A stretch of 64,000 nt of DNA from the human T2T-CHM13v2.0 reference genome, Homo sapiens. Made by a program: the position numbers and the translations under genes. Each line of letters begins with the position of its first letter. The first letter of the stretch is position 1. The notes under the pieces are model-generated. The model had not been told where the DNA came from. It saw only the letters and a program-made list of their open reading frames with translations, and searched no databases. Location: NCBI RefSeq assembly GCF_009914755.1, contig NC_060926.1; one strand, written 5' to 3'. Positions 46,681 to 62,241 of the stretch are shown one piece after another.

Positions 46681-46941
46681 TTTAATTGTGCACCTCAGGA
46701 TGCCTCCCTCCTAAGGATTTTGTCTCTCCTCAGGGTTTTGCAGTGCCCTGACTGAAGTGTCAGGCATTTCTCTCTCTCCCCTTCCTAGGATCTTTCACTT
46801 CTCCTGTGCCCACTGTATTTCCTAGCAATAGTTCTGTTTCCCATCCTGGGAACTCTGAATCTCAGGGAATCCAGGAACACCAGACAGCTTCGTGGCTTTG
46901 GGAGGATCAGCTCTTTGACATTCTGTTGTGTCTCTTTTCAG

Positions 46942-46983
46942 AAACAAAGCTCCAAATTTGGAAGCAGCAGTGAAACTCCACAG
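46942..46983 (+). other. Candidate 42-nt exon
   Basis: Pyrimidine tract then TTTTCAG| ... CAG|GTAAGA; branch-like TTTGAC about 22 nt upstream of the acceptor. Confidence 0.4.
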
Positions 46984-47207
46984 GTAAGAAATAGTGTCAA
47001 TCATGGCCCATTCCATTTACCTGGTTGGACACTTGGATGGTTTATCTCAGCAGGTTTCTCATCAGAGAACATCTGTTACTTTTTCCAAATCCCTGTAATG
47101 AAGCCAGCATTTAGTTTCAACTCTCTGGAAAAAGGCACAATTATTTTAACCACAAGCCTGTATCTCCTCAACTTCCCATTTATTTTAGAAATGTAGGTGG
47201 GAGGAAA

Positions 47208-47505
47208 TTTTTTTTTTTTTTTTTTGAGACAGAGTTTCACTCTTGTTGCCCAGGCTGGGGTGCAATGGCACGATCTCGGCTCGCTGCAACTTCCGCCTCC
47301 CAAGTTCAGGTGATTCTCCTGCCTCAGCCTCCGAGTAGCTGGTATTAAAGGCATGTGCCACCACACCCAGCTAATTTTTTGTATTTTTAGTAGAGACGGG
47401 GTTTCACCATGTTGGCCAGGCTGATCTCAAACTCCTGACCTCAGGTGATCCCCCACTCTCAGCATCTCGAAGTGCTGGGATTAGAGGCCCGAGCCACCAC
47501 GCCCT
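47208..47505 (-). mobile_element. AluS (Sq/Sp-like)
   Basis: Full Alu; GGAGGAAA on both flanks. Confidence 0.92.
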
Positions 47506-47574
47506 GCAGGAGGAAACATTTTTTAAGTGCCTGCTCTAGAGTTCACATGTGTTTCTTTCATTTAATGCCTCTTT

Positions 47575-47751
47575 TACAGGTAGGAGAACTGGCAGTCAGA
47601 GAGATCAAGCATTTCTCCCAAGGTCCATATAGTACAGATAGGAGAACTGGCACCCAGAGAGGTCAAGCATTTCACCCAAAGTCCATATAGTACAGATAGG
47701 AGAACTGGCACCCAGAGAGATCAAGCATTTCACCTAAGGTCCATATAGTAC
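47575..47751. repeat. 58-bp x3 tandem repeat derived from the MIR core
   Basis: Units start at 47575, 47633 and 47691: TACAGATAGGAGAACTGGCACCCAGAGAGATCAAGCATTTCACCCAAGGTCCATATAG. Confidence 0.9.
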
Positions 47752-50159
47752 TTAGTAGAGCGGACATGTTAAAGAGGCTGAACTTTGTCACATTTGAATC
47801 CTCAGAATTCCCACAGTCCTCATCATCCATTAGGTTCTCAGTGAACGATGATCAACTGAGCTAACCTAGCTTCAAAACCTAACTGTCATCAATTACCCAA
47901 TATTCTTTTAGGGAGAGATGAAATGTCATTTAGATATTTTGGGACATTTACAAAACTCTTATTTGTATTGTTTCCAATAATATTGATTGGATTTGCACGT
48001 AATAATTTGTTGTTTTTTAATATTGGACTTAAGTTCCAGTATTGTCCAAATTTTTTAAAAAGTTGGTTTCATTGCTTCTGTGTAAGACCATAGCTGTTTA
48101 CCTCAGTCTGAATCCACCAAAATGGGTTAGGGTGACAGTTGAGGAACTGTGTCTTATTTATGTTTTGTATGTATGCAAATCAATGATGTTTACTGAATTT
48201 ATGGAATTGTGCAACTGTCACCATAATCCAGTTATAGAATTTTTATCAGTCTCAGAAACTTCTCTTGAGCTCATTTGTAGTCAGTCTCCACTGTAACTTC
48301 ACCCACCTCCACTGCCAGAGACATCTTCTTATCTGCTTTCTATCTCTGCTTTTTTTTTTTCCTGGACATTTTATATAAATATAATCATACAGTATGTAGT
48401 CTTCTGTGTCTGGCTTCTTTCACTTAGTGTATTGTTTTTGAGGTTCATATATATTGTAGTTTGTATCAATGTTTCATTCCTTTATAATGCTGAATAATTC
48501 ATTGTATGGATATAGAACACATTTGGTCATATTATCCATTTATCATCTGCTATTTGGATTGTTTAGTTTTTGGCTATTAATAAATGTGCTTTACGATCAT
48601 TCGTGTTAAAATCGTTGTGTGGACACATTTTCATTTCTCTTGGGCAGATTACTGAGGGCAAAATTGCTGGGTCATATGGTAAGTTTACATTTTACTTTTT
48701 AAGAAACTGTCAACCTGTTTTCCAAAGTGGCTACACCACTTTACATTTCTACCAGCAATGTGTGGTGGTTCTATTTTCTCCACAACCCTGCCAAAATTAA
48801 GTATGGTCAGACTTTTTGATTATAATCATTCTAGTGGGTTTGTAATGTATCTCGTGTGTTTAATGACATTTTCTCAGTGACATAACGTATGGTAGCTTTC
48901 CATGTGCTTATTATCCATTTGTGCCTTCTTTGGTGAAGCCATGTGTACATCGTTCTTGGAATACACAAGCTTTGCCAATTTTAAGAAAATTGGTCATTTG
49001 TCTTTTCAGTTTTGAATGATCATATGTATCATATAATACTATTTTATGGTATTATATGATGCTATTAAATTATATATTACATACTATGCTTTATAATATA
49101 TATTGTGGAGGAAAGTCCTTTATCAGATATATATTTTCCAAATATTTTTCCTCAGGCTATGCGTTGTCTTTTCATTTTCTTTATGATGTCTTTTGAAGTG
49201 CAAATGTTTTTCATTTTAATGAAATACAGTTTATCATATTTTCTTTTATGGCTTAAGCTTCGGTATTGTATCTTTGCCTAACTCAAAGTCTTGAAATGTT
49301 ATTCTTGTATTTTCTTTGAAGAGTTTTACAGTTTCGGCTTTTACATTTAGGCTGATAATTCATTTTGAGTTAATTTCTGTGTGCAATGTTAAGTAAGCAT
49401 CTAAATGCACCTTTTTGCTTGTGGATATCTAATTATACAAGCACTATTCATTGGGAAGACAGTTAAATCGCCTTTGTCAAAAATAATTACTCATAAATAT
49501 AAGGGTTTGTTTCTGGACTCTTAATTTAGTTTCTTATGCCAATACCACATGTATATTCTATACTGTCATTTTATAGTAAGTTTTGAAATCTGGTAATATA
49601 AGTCCTCCAAATTTGTTCTTTTTTTGAAGAATTATTGGGCTATCTGAAACCTTTGCACGTTCATAAAATGTTGCTATTTTCTAAAAAAAAATTCTGCTGG
49701 GGTTTTAACAAGGATTGCATTCAATCTAGACATCTATTTGGGGGAAACTGCATCTTAACACTATCGAGCCTTTTAATCCATGAACATGGAATGTCTGTTT
49801 GTTTAAATTTAATTTATTTTGGAAGTAATATATGGTATTTAGTGTGGAAATCATATACATCTTGTGTTAATTTTTTCCTAACTATATGATTCTTTTTGTG
49901 ATATTCTGAGTAGAATTTTATTTTTTTATTTCCTGATTGCTCATTGCTACTATGTGGAATATATATAGATTTTGTGTGTATTGATCTTGTATCTGCTAAA
50001 TTTATTTGCTTATTCTGTAGATAGTGTCTCTCTGTGTGTGTATGTGTGTGTGTGTGTATGCTTATTCTGCAAGATTCTCTACCTGTAAAATTATGTTACC
50101 TGTGAATAAACACAATTTTATTTCTTTAGATCTGAATCTCTTTAATTAAGCTCTCTATC

Positions 50160-50325
50160 CCTTCGCCTTCTCCTTCTCCTTCTCTTTTCCCTTTCTTCTC
50201 CATCTCTTCCTCTGCTTGCTTTTATTTTCTCCTTTTCCTCCTTCTCTCTCTTTTCTGTCTCTTCTCTTCATCCTCTTTTTCTTCTCTTGCTTTTTGCTCA
50301 TTTCTTTTCTCTTCCTCCTTCTCCT
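50160..50325. repeat. CT-rich low-complexity tract
   Basis: Seen directly; (TG)n nearby at 50033-50058. Confidence 0.9.
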
Positions 50326-50621
50326 TAATGACTTATTTAGTGTTTCTAGCAGCTTTTCATGTGCCTATTATCCATTTGTACTTTCTTTGGTGAAGTCATA
50401 TGTACATCTTTCTTAGTATATACAAGCTTATTATTCTTCTTTGCCTTAATGTACTGGTTAGAATTGTCAATGCAATGTTGACTAGAAGTGGAGAGAGCAT
50501 ACTAGAACATCCTTGCCTTGTTCCTAATCTTGGGGAAAGGATTCAGTTTTTCACCATTAAGTATGACGTTAGATGAAGGGTTTCTTTTTGTTGTTTGTTT
50601 GTTTGTTTTTTCTATTGTTAG

Positions 50622-50822
<201 letters not shown>

Positions 50823-52800
50823 TGTGAGATTTTATTATGAAAGGATGTTACATTTTTTCACAAGCTTATGCTTCATCCATGGGGATAGTCATGTAAATTT
50901 TTCCCTTTATTTTATTAATATGAATGGTCTATTATTGTAAGTGATTTCAAATGTTTAATAAACCTTGTATTCATGATATAAACTCCACTTGGTCATGTCG
51001 AATAATTTTTATTATATGTTTCTGAATTCAGTTTGCTAAGTTCTTTTTTTTTTTGTTTAATATTTTTGAATCTCTGTGATGATCACAGGTCAGAAGTATT
51101 CTCTTCCTGATAATGCTTTTGTAAGGTTTTGGTGTCGAGATAATACTGCTCCTATACTATGACTAGTGAAGTATTTGTTTCTATTGTATTTCCTGGGATG
51201 ACTGTGAAGGAATGGTCTTCTTTAAATGTTTGGGTGTAATTAACCAGTGAAACCCCTTGGGTATAAACTTTTCTCTGAAGGAGTATTTTTAATTGATAAA
51301 TCAACTTCCTTACTTGTTACGTCTATTGAGATTATTATTTTTTCTTCTGGGTGATTTCCAGTAAAGTGTGCCTTTCTAGGAATTTGTCCATATACTCTAA
51401 CTTGTCTAATTTGTTGGAATACAGTTAAGCTAATATTTCCTTATAAACTTTTTAGTTTTTATGGAGAAGGCTGTAATATCCTTTTTTCATTAGTGATTTT
51501 GATAATTTGTTACTTATTTTATTTTATTAGTCATTCTTACTGAGAGTTTGTAAAATTTTTATGTTTAAAAAGAATAAACGTTTGGTTTCATTGATTTTAT
51601 CATTATATTTCTGTTTTCTGTTACATTTTTACTCTAATCTTTATTGTTTCTTTAGCTTTTCTTGCTTTATATGTAGTTTGCTCCCCTTTTTATAATTTGT
51701 TAAGGTGGAAACAGGTCATTTGACTTGTGATCCTTTTTTTCTTTTCTTTTCTAACTTGTACATTTAAAGCTACAGATTTCCCTGTACGACCTTAACTGCC
51801 TCCATAAATTTTGATATGTTGTGTATGTGTTCATAATTTCAATAGTATAAGCTACTCCTTAATTTCTACTTTGACTCATGGATTTTACAAAGTATATTAT
51901 TTAAGGTCCAAATATTATGATTGTTTCAGATTTGCTTCTATCACGAATTTCCAATTTAATCTTGAGTGGTCAGAGAACATACTCTGTATACTTTTCAATC
52001 TTTTCAATTCATTGAGAATTGTTTTATGGCCCAGAAACTGGCCTATTCTCAATAATGTTCTATGTGTGTATGAAAAAAAGTTTATTCTGCAGATTTTGGT
52101 TGATGTGTTTGATTAATATTGGTTGAAACAGGCTGTTTGACAGAGTTATTTAAATTTTCTATGTCCCTGTTGATTTCCTTTCTAGTTTTTCTATTATTAT
52201 TTGGGAGTGAAGCGTTGACATTTTCAACTATTCTTAATATTTGTCTATTTCTCCTTTGAATTCTGTAAGTTTTTCCTTTATGTATTTCAGGACTTTTTTG
52301 TGAGGTTTTATACATTCATATTTTTAAAATTTTCTAATGTATTAATGTTTCATCCTTATGAAATATCCCTCTTTAACTCTAGCAATATTTGTTTTAAAAT
52401 GTATTTTGTGTAAAATTAATGTAATCAGTTCATCTCTTTCATGGTAATTATTTGTATAATATATGTTGTATTTTTTCCATTATTTTCTTTTCAACCAATT
52501 TATGTCTTTCAATCTAATGTGTTCCTCTTGTAGACAACATTTAGTGGGCTTGGCTTTTTCTCATATTTCTCTAAGGCTCTTTTCACTTTTTTTGGCCTTT
52601 TCTTTATATTATATAATTTTTATTGATCAATATTCAAGTTCACTAATTTCTTATGACATGTAATGCCACTTTACATTTTATGTTATATAATGTCTATGTC
52701 GCTTGCTTTTTTACTCAGTTTAGCAATCTTTACCATTTGAATGAGGTTTGAACGGTAGACCATTCATGTTTAATGTAATTATTGTTGTGTTTGGTTTTAA

Positions 52801-53168
<368 letters not shown>

Positions 53169-54109
53169 TCTCCTCTATTGCTTTTTAAAGCCAATATTTT
53201 GCATATGTCAATTCAAGTTTTCTGATGATTTCCTACTGTATAGTTTTAGTATTTTCTTTGCTGTTTCTTTCAGAATTACAATATGTATCTTAACATAAAC
53301 CCAATTTACCCATAAACCCAATTTACTTCATTTACTTTATTGCAATAAAATATATTAATACAATTTTTTTCCAATATATCTTCTATTTGTCTCTCCCTTG
53401 GACTAATACTCTTATATAATGTTACATATATATTTTATACATATACAATCTATAAGTTTTTCTTTATTTATATTATTAAAATGTACATTCACAGAGCTTT
53501 TTATTTACCAAAGCCTTTACTATTCCCAGTGTTCTTCATTTCTACTTTGGGATTTTAGCTACACCCTCTGGTATCACTTCCTTTCAGCTTAGATTTATTT
53601 CAGTGATTTTGTTAAGTCATGTGTAACAGGAGTGAATTTTTCTTAGTTTTTGTTTTTCTTGGAATGTTTTCCTTTCACATTAATAGTAAAAGAAAGTTGC
53701 TGAATGTAGAATGCTGGCTTGACATTTTTTTCTTTTGGCATTTTGAATATGTAATTCCAATGCCTTTTGGTTCCTATTATTTTGGATGAGAAGTCAGCTA
53801 TTTATCACATTGTGCTTCTTCTGTATGTGTTGAGTCATTTTTCTTTTGCTATTCCCAAGGTTTCTCTTTCTCTTTGTCTTTCAATCATTTGACCAAGGTA
53901 TGTCAAGGTGTGACTCTATGTTTACTCTACTTAGATTTTGTGGAGCTTCTTAGTTTTTTAGTTAATAATTTTCATCAAATTTAAGATATTTTTGTCAAAT
54001 TTTTTACTCTTCTCTATCTTTTTACTACTTCTGGAACTTGCAGTACATGTCTGTGTTTCATGTTTTCTCAGGTCTCCAAGAATTTGTTTACTTCATCTTT
54101 TTTCCCTCT

Positions 54110-56464
54110 TGATATGGTTTGGATTTGTGTCTCCGCACAAATCTCATGTCAAATTGGAGGAAGGACCTGGTGGGACATGTTGGGGGGGTCATGGGGGTGG
54201 ATTTCTTCCTTGCTGTTCTTGTGATAGTGAGTGCATTTTCATGAGATCTGGTTGTTTGAAAATGTGTGGCATTTCTCCCTTCATGCTCTCTCTCTCCTGC
54301 TCTGCCATGGTAAGATGTGCTTGCTTCTCCTTCACCTTCTGCCATGATTGTAAGTATCCTGAGACCTCCTAGCCATGCTTCCTGTACAGCACATTGAGCC
54401 GTGAATCATTTAAACCACTTTCTTCATAAATTACCAAGTCTCAGGTAGTTCTTTATAGGAGTGTAAGAATGAACTAATACAGAAAATTGGTACCAGGAGT
54501 GGGGTACTGCTATACAGAAACCTGAAAATGTGGAAGCAACTTTGGAACTGTGTAATGGGCAGAGGTTGGAACAGTTTGGAGGGCTCAGAAGAAGACAGAC
54601 AGAAAGATGAGGGAAAGTTTGGAATTTTGTATAGACTCATTGAATGATTTGACCAAAATGCTGATACTAATATGGACAATGAAGTCCAGGCTGAGGTGGT
54701 CTCAGACGGAGATGAGGAACTTATTGGGAACTAGAGTAAAGGACACTCTTGCTATGCTTTGGCAAAGACCCTGGCAGCATTGTGTCCCTGGTCTAGGGGC
54801 CTGTAGAACTTTGAAGTTGAGAGGGATTATTTAGGGTATCTGGTGGGAAAAATTTCTAAGCAGCAAAGCATTCAAGATGTGGCCTGGTTGCTCCTAACAG
54901 CATACAGTTGTGTGTGTTCACAAAGAGATTGTCTAAATTTGGAATTTATTCTTAAAAGGAAAATAGAGTATAGATGTTTGAAAAATTTGCAGCTCAGCTG
55001 TGTGATAGAAAATAAAAACCCATTTTCTGGGGAGATATTCAAACCTGCTGCAGATATTTGCATAAGAGGAACCAAATGTTAATCACCAAGACAATGGGGA
55101 AAATATCTCTAGGATATGTCAGAGACCTCCTAGGCACAGAATGTTTCCCATCACAAGCCCAGAGGTCTAGGAGGGAAAAGTGTTTTCATGAGCAAGGCCC
55201 AGGGCCCAGCTGCTCTGGACATGGCACCTGGCAACCTGGCCACTCCAGCTCCAGCAGTGGCTAAAAGGAGCCCAGGAACAGCTCGGGCTGTGGCTTCAAA
55301 GAATGAAAGCCCCAAGCCTTGGTGGCTTCCACATGGTGTTGGGCCTGTGTGTGGGCAGAAGGGAAGAGTTTTGGAGTCTCTTCCTGGATTTCAGATGATG
55401 TATGAAAATGCCTGGATGTCCAGGCAGAAGTCTGCAGCAGAGGTGGAGCCCTCATGAGAACCTCTACCAGTGCAGAGGGAAAATGTGGGGTTGGAGCGCC
55501 CAAGCAGAATCCCCAGTTGGGTACTGCCAAATGGAGCTGTTAGAAGAGGTCCCCCCATCCTTCAGATCCCAGAATGGTAGATCTATTGACAGGTTGCATT
55601 GTACACCAGGAAAAGCCACCAGCATCCAACGCCAGCCCATGAAAGCAGCTGTGGGGGCTGTGCCCTGCACAGGAACGGAGCTGCCCAAGGCTTTGGGACC
55701 CCACCTCTTGCATCAGCATGCCCTGTATGCAAGACATGGAGACAAAGGAGATTATTTTGAAGCTTTAAGATTTAATGGCTGCCCTGCCAAAATAATCATC
55801 TTTGACTTAATGGGGCCTGTAGCAACTTTGTTTTGGCCAATTTCTCCCATTTGGAATAAGAATATTTACCCATACCTGTACCCCCATTGCATCTTGGAAG
55901 TAACTAACTTGTTTTTGATTTTACAGGATCATAGGTGGAAGGGACTTGCCTTGTCTCAGATGGGACTTTGGACTATGGACTTTTGAATTAATGCTGAAAT
56001 GAGTTAAGACTGGGGAACTGTGGAGCAGGAATAATTGTATTTAGTGATGTGAGAATGACATGAGATTTGGGAGGGGCCAGGGGTGGAATGATATGGTTTG
56101 GATTTGTGTCCTTGCCCCAGTCTCATGTTGAATTGGAGGAGAGGCCTGGTGGAAGGTTATTGGATCATGGGGGTGGATTTCCCCCTTGCTGTTATCTTGA
56201 TATAGTGAGGGAGTTCTCATGAGATCTGGTTGTTTGAAAGTATGTAGTGCTCCCCCCTTCACTCTCTCTCTCTCTCTCTCGCTCTGCCATGGTAAGATGT
56301 GTTTGCTTCCCTTTCACCTTCTGCCATGACTGTACATTTCCTGAGGCCTCCCAGCTATGCTTCCTGTACAACCCATGGGACTCTGAATCAATTATACCTC
56401 TTTTCTTGATAAATTATCCATTCTCTGGTAGTTTTTTGTAGCAGTGTGAGAACAGACTAATATA
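54110..56464 (+). mobile_element. Complete MSTA-type MaLR provirus (LTR 54110-54481, internal 54482-56088, LTR 56089-56464)
   Basis: Both LTRs start TGATATGGTTTGGATTTGTGTC; internal begins GAAAATTGGTACCAGG; PPT GGAGGGGCCAGGGGTGGAA; TSD CCTCT/CCACT. Confidence 0.93.
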
Positions 56465-56852
56465 CCACTCTGTGCTTCAGATTGGATAATTTTATTGATC
56501 TATATTCAACTTCACTAATAATTTCTTATGCCATATCAAATATAGTGTTAAGCCTTTCTAGTGAACTTTTCATTTTAGTTGTTAACATTTTTTTATCTCC
56601 TAAATTTTTATTTTTAAAATAATTTCTGTCTTTGGGCTGAGAGTGTGTGTTTGTTGATTTGTTGTCATACTTTTTTTTAATTCTTTAAACATGATTTTCT
56701 GTTGTTCTTCAAATAATGTATCATAGTTACTTTAAAATATTTGTGTGCAAAAATCCAACATCTGGAGACACTCAGAGAAAGTTTCTATTAACAGTTGTTT
56801 TTTTCTTTTTTTCATTTCTTGAATATTCATCATACTTTTTTTCTTTGCATAT

Positions 56853-57331
56853 TGTATTAGTCTGTCCTCATGCTTCTATGAAGAAATACCTGAGACTGGA
56901 TAATTTATTAAAAAATAGAGATTTAATTGACTCACAGTTCTGCAATGCTGGCAAGTCCTCAGGAAACTTACAATCATGGCAGAAGGCACCTCTTTATAGG
57001 GCAGCAGAATAGAAACTGAGTGCAAGCAGGGGAAATGAACAGGGTAGGCCTCAGGAAACTTAAAAACATGGCAGAAGGTGAAGGGAAAGCAGGAACATCT
57101 TACATGGCTGGAGCAGAAGGAAGGGAGAGTGGGGAGGTGCTACACACTTCTAAACAACCAGATCTTCTGAGAACTCTATCACAAGATATGCACCAAAGAG
57201 ATAATGCTAACCCATTCATGAAGGAATCACCCCTCCATGATCCAATTACCATCCACTAGACCCCATCTCCAACATTGGGGATTACCATTGAGCATGAGAT
57301 TTGGGTGGGGACACAGATTCAAACCATATCA
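56853..57331 (-). mobile_element. Chimeric MSTA/THE1-type LTR
   Basis: TGTATTAGTC...AAACCATATCA, with the block CCTCAGGAAACTTA..A.CATGGCAGAAGG present twice; no TSD. Confidence 0.85.
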
Positions 57332-58900
<1,569 letters not shown>

Positions 58901-60712
58901 GGACATTTCAGATGTTATATTGAATCACCTCTGGGCTGTGACACACCCCTCCCTCTGAGAGTTGCTGTTGTTATTTACTTATATACCAATAAACATTGAA
59001 CTTTGCTTGGACCAAATCTGAGAAATATCTCTCCCCACAATGTGCAGCTCTTGATGCCTCTTATATATATATAGTTTTTTTTGTTTTAATTTTATGTTGG
59101 GATGCATAGAAATTGCCTGCATCTTCATAGGCAGAGATTTTAAGAGGTTGTGCCCAAATGCCTCCAAGTTTTCCATTTTTTTCTGATGGATATAAATGCA
59201 GGCTAGAGGCCACTTTCATACATTAGAATGCTTTTGACTCTTCCCTGCTTTAATTTTCTGATAGATCCTCTCACGTCTCCTGCAAGCATATACTCAGGTT
59301 TCATCAGCCAGGGATATGTCAGTGGCCTAGGCCTACTTTAGACTATCCTGTGCACAACAACATAGACCCAAGACAGCCTTGGTTCTTCCAGAATATGTGG
59401 AGAAATTATTAAGCCTCACATGGCCAGCTTATCTTCTGGAAGTCCCTGCTAACATCCCCAGCTGTTTTGTGAATCCATGACTTGTCCTAAACAGAAGCAC
59501 AATCTTAGAGTTTTAAAGCTCACTTTTTTGGTTTCCAGCAACATCACAACTTTAATCAACAATGCTCTAAATCATGTAAGCTCTCTCCCTCTTCCCAGCA
59601 GTGACAATGAGGCTGCTGGTTTTCATGGCCTGCTTCACCCCGGTTGAACTATCAAACTTGAGGCAGCAGGGATGGAAACAGTCCTGGGCAAGAACATCAC
59701 AGACCCTCATTGTTGTTAAAGTTCAGTAGCTTGATAAATAAATACTTCTCAATTTTTGGCCAATTTCCAGAGTGCTAAAGTTGTTTCTTTTAATGTTTTG
59801 TACACCTTCATGGTTGCTGATTGGGAAGGAGATTTGTTAACCTGCATCCTGACTCTATCACGTTGGAATTTACTTATTTTTTGTTTTCTTAGTGGTACTG
59901 GCTCATAGTGAACTCCTAAATTTTATTGAATTAATAAATAATCTAAGGGAATAAGAAAGGGACTGCTGTCTCTTGTAGCTGAGGGATTCTCACATGTAAG
60001 TTGATGGTTTTGCTATGTTTTTGTAAGAGTATACAGGAGACATAATCTGGGGATAATTGTTCTTCAACTCAGAATGATTAACTAACAGGACTAATGGTCC
60101 CTAGAGATAAAGTGAAACAAGTGGTATATGCGTGCCAGTTTCTGACATTGTCTAGCACATCTATAGACCTTGTGTTGCTTAAGACAGACTCCAGTTATTA
60201 TCCAACATAAGGGAATCGTGGTTAATGATTTAGGCAGCATTTCCATTTAGATTTCAGCTCCCAGTGCTACTTGTTGGGTGGAGAAGGATCACTAACTCAG
60301 GATATTTATTGCATCTACAAATCTCTTATTTCACATCAGGAACACAAATCCCAGCTGGATCACTTTGATATCCTTATAATGTCTCTGAATAAGAAAGTGT
60401 GCTGAAATAAATAATTGGTCTCATAAAAGGCCAAAAAGAATAAATAAAATGGTTGCATTTAGGTTTAGCTTACCCGCACTGACTGTTTAAATTTTATGGG
60501 ACTCTTTCCACAATAAGAATGCTTAAGGTTTCCAAGAAGGCATGGGACATAAGCTGAGTTACCAGCTTTAGAAGCTGTCACCAGTATTGTCTACATAGTC
60601 ATTTAACTAGAGTTATCCTTCTCACGTTTCCAGCATTAGAGAGAACATAAAAATCCAACCACTGTCAGTGGTTCATTTAAATAATCATATAGTATGGTTC
60701 TGCTTTCTTTCT

Positions 60713-61013
60713 TTGTTTTCCTTTCTTTTCTTTTTTGGGATGGAGTATTGCTCTGTTGCCTAGGCTGGAGTGTAGTGGTGCAGTCTCGCTGCAACCTCTA
60801 CCTCCCGGGTTCAAGCAATTCTTGTGCCTTAGCCTCCTGCATAGCTGGGATTACAAGTGCGCACCACCACGCCTGGCTAACTTTTATAGTTTTAGGAGAG
60901 ACTGGGTTTTGCCATGTTGGCGAGACTGTTCTCGAACTCCTGGCCTCAAGTGATCTGCCCACCTGGGTCTCCCAAGGTGCTTGGATTACAGGCATGAGCG
61001 ACCACACCCCAAC
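60713..61013 (-). mobile_element. Alu (Jb/S-type)
   Basis: Full Alu; 22-bp TSD AGTATGG(T/C)TCTGCTTTCTTTCT. Confidence 0.9.
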
Positions 61014-61769
61014 AGTATGGCTCTGCTTTCTTTCTGATATCTTCAAACCTCTGGTTTTAGTCTGGTCACAATTATCTACTTCCTCATTTAAGCCCATCCA
61101 CATAGATACACACGTTTCTATTGACTGTGACGTTCATTTATTTTCCTAGGTTAAGTACATTTGGGTGAGATTTCTCCATATTCAAGTCTCAGCCATGCAT
61201 AACCAACTGGTGGAAATAATTTACAAGAATCACCACCAGAGGACATGAAAAAATTGTCAGCTTTATACCCTTGAATGCCACTGGTATAGTAATAGTGTCT
61301 GTATTACTAGGCTACCTAAGAAAATATTGAACAAATAGTCATGTTGTGGCTGATCATCAGCCATTTAACTGAACTTCTCTATGATCAATCCAATCTGACA
61401 ATGAAATTAAACGAAGTAAGGGTATCTGGCTTCATGATCGATTCAGTGTGACAATCAATGCAAATGGTGTAAGAGTATCTCATTGATCAGCTAAAATAAC
61501 ATGGACTAAGAAACGTCATAAACTAAAACAGGCATAGAAAATGCCTTGATATCCAATAGGGCAAGGAACTCTTGTTATTTCCTCATTTAGAAGGGTCCAT
61601 CAGGATTTCAGTAACAATAAGAGATCTTTTGGTGTCGATTAAATGTAGATTTAAGAGCCAAAGGAAATAGATGTTGCTATTCACCCAGAAGTCACTCTAG
61701 ATTCTTTACAGGGGATTGTATATGAAACACTCCCATCAAGTTCCCTTGCTCCTTGCCCTTTGGTTTCTG

Positions 61770-61952
61770 TATTATCTTTATCATAGTTCTCATCATCCCT
61801 ATCACACATTTTTTATGTCAATGAACTTCTTTTCTAAATAATGAGCTCCATTAGGACAGGGACTCTGTTTTATTAGTCTTTGAATCTCTAGTGCCTAGCA
61901 TGGTATATGATACATAATAGGCTATCAAATGTTCACTGACTTAATGAATGAA
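61770..61952 (+). mobile_element. L2 3' end
   Basis: 'atgagctccattaggacagggact...gtgcctagcatgg...aatgaatgaa'. Confidence 0.8.
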
Positions 61953-62241
61953 CAGGGGGAAGAGAAAGGGAAGTGAGACCACATGCTTACTCTTACTTGG
62001 TTCACAATAATGCTCAGACGCCTGGAGTAAAAGGACCGATAAACTGCATCTTTCGGATAAGTGATATGTGACTTTTAGTAGAAGCCTGGTTATTGGGACT
62101 AATTCTATGATTCCAGAGATCACCTTCTTGCCTTGATAAGCTGAGTATGTTATTTGGAAACAAGGATCTTGAAAAACCTTGAGAACAAATATGATGAAAA
62201 TGGAGATAGTATCAAAAATGCACATCAAAAAGTATAGAAGA

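Noticed and set aside
47575-47751. CRISPR-like array (also 27698-27786 and 62755-62834)
   Set aside because: Head-to-tail tandem units without unique spacers, no cas genes, primate DNA.
55402-55986. 194-aa ORF
   Set aside because: Lies wholly in the MSTA internal region; chance open stretch of the decayed MaLR sequence.
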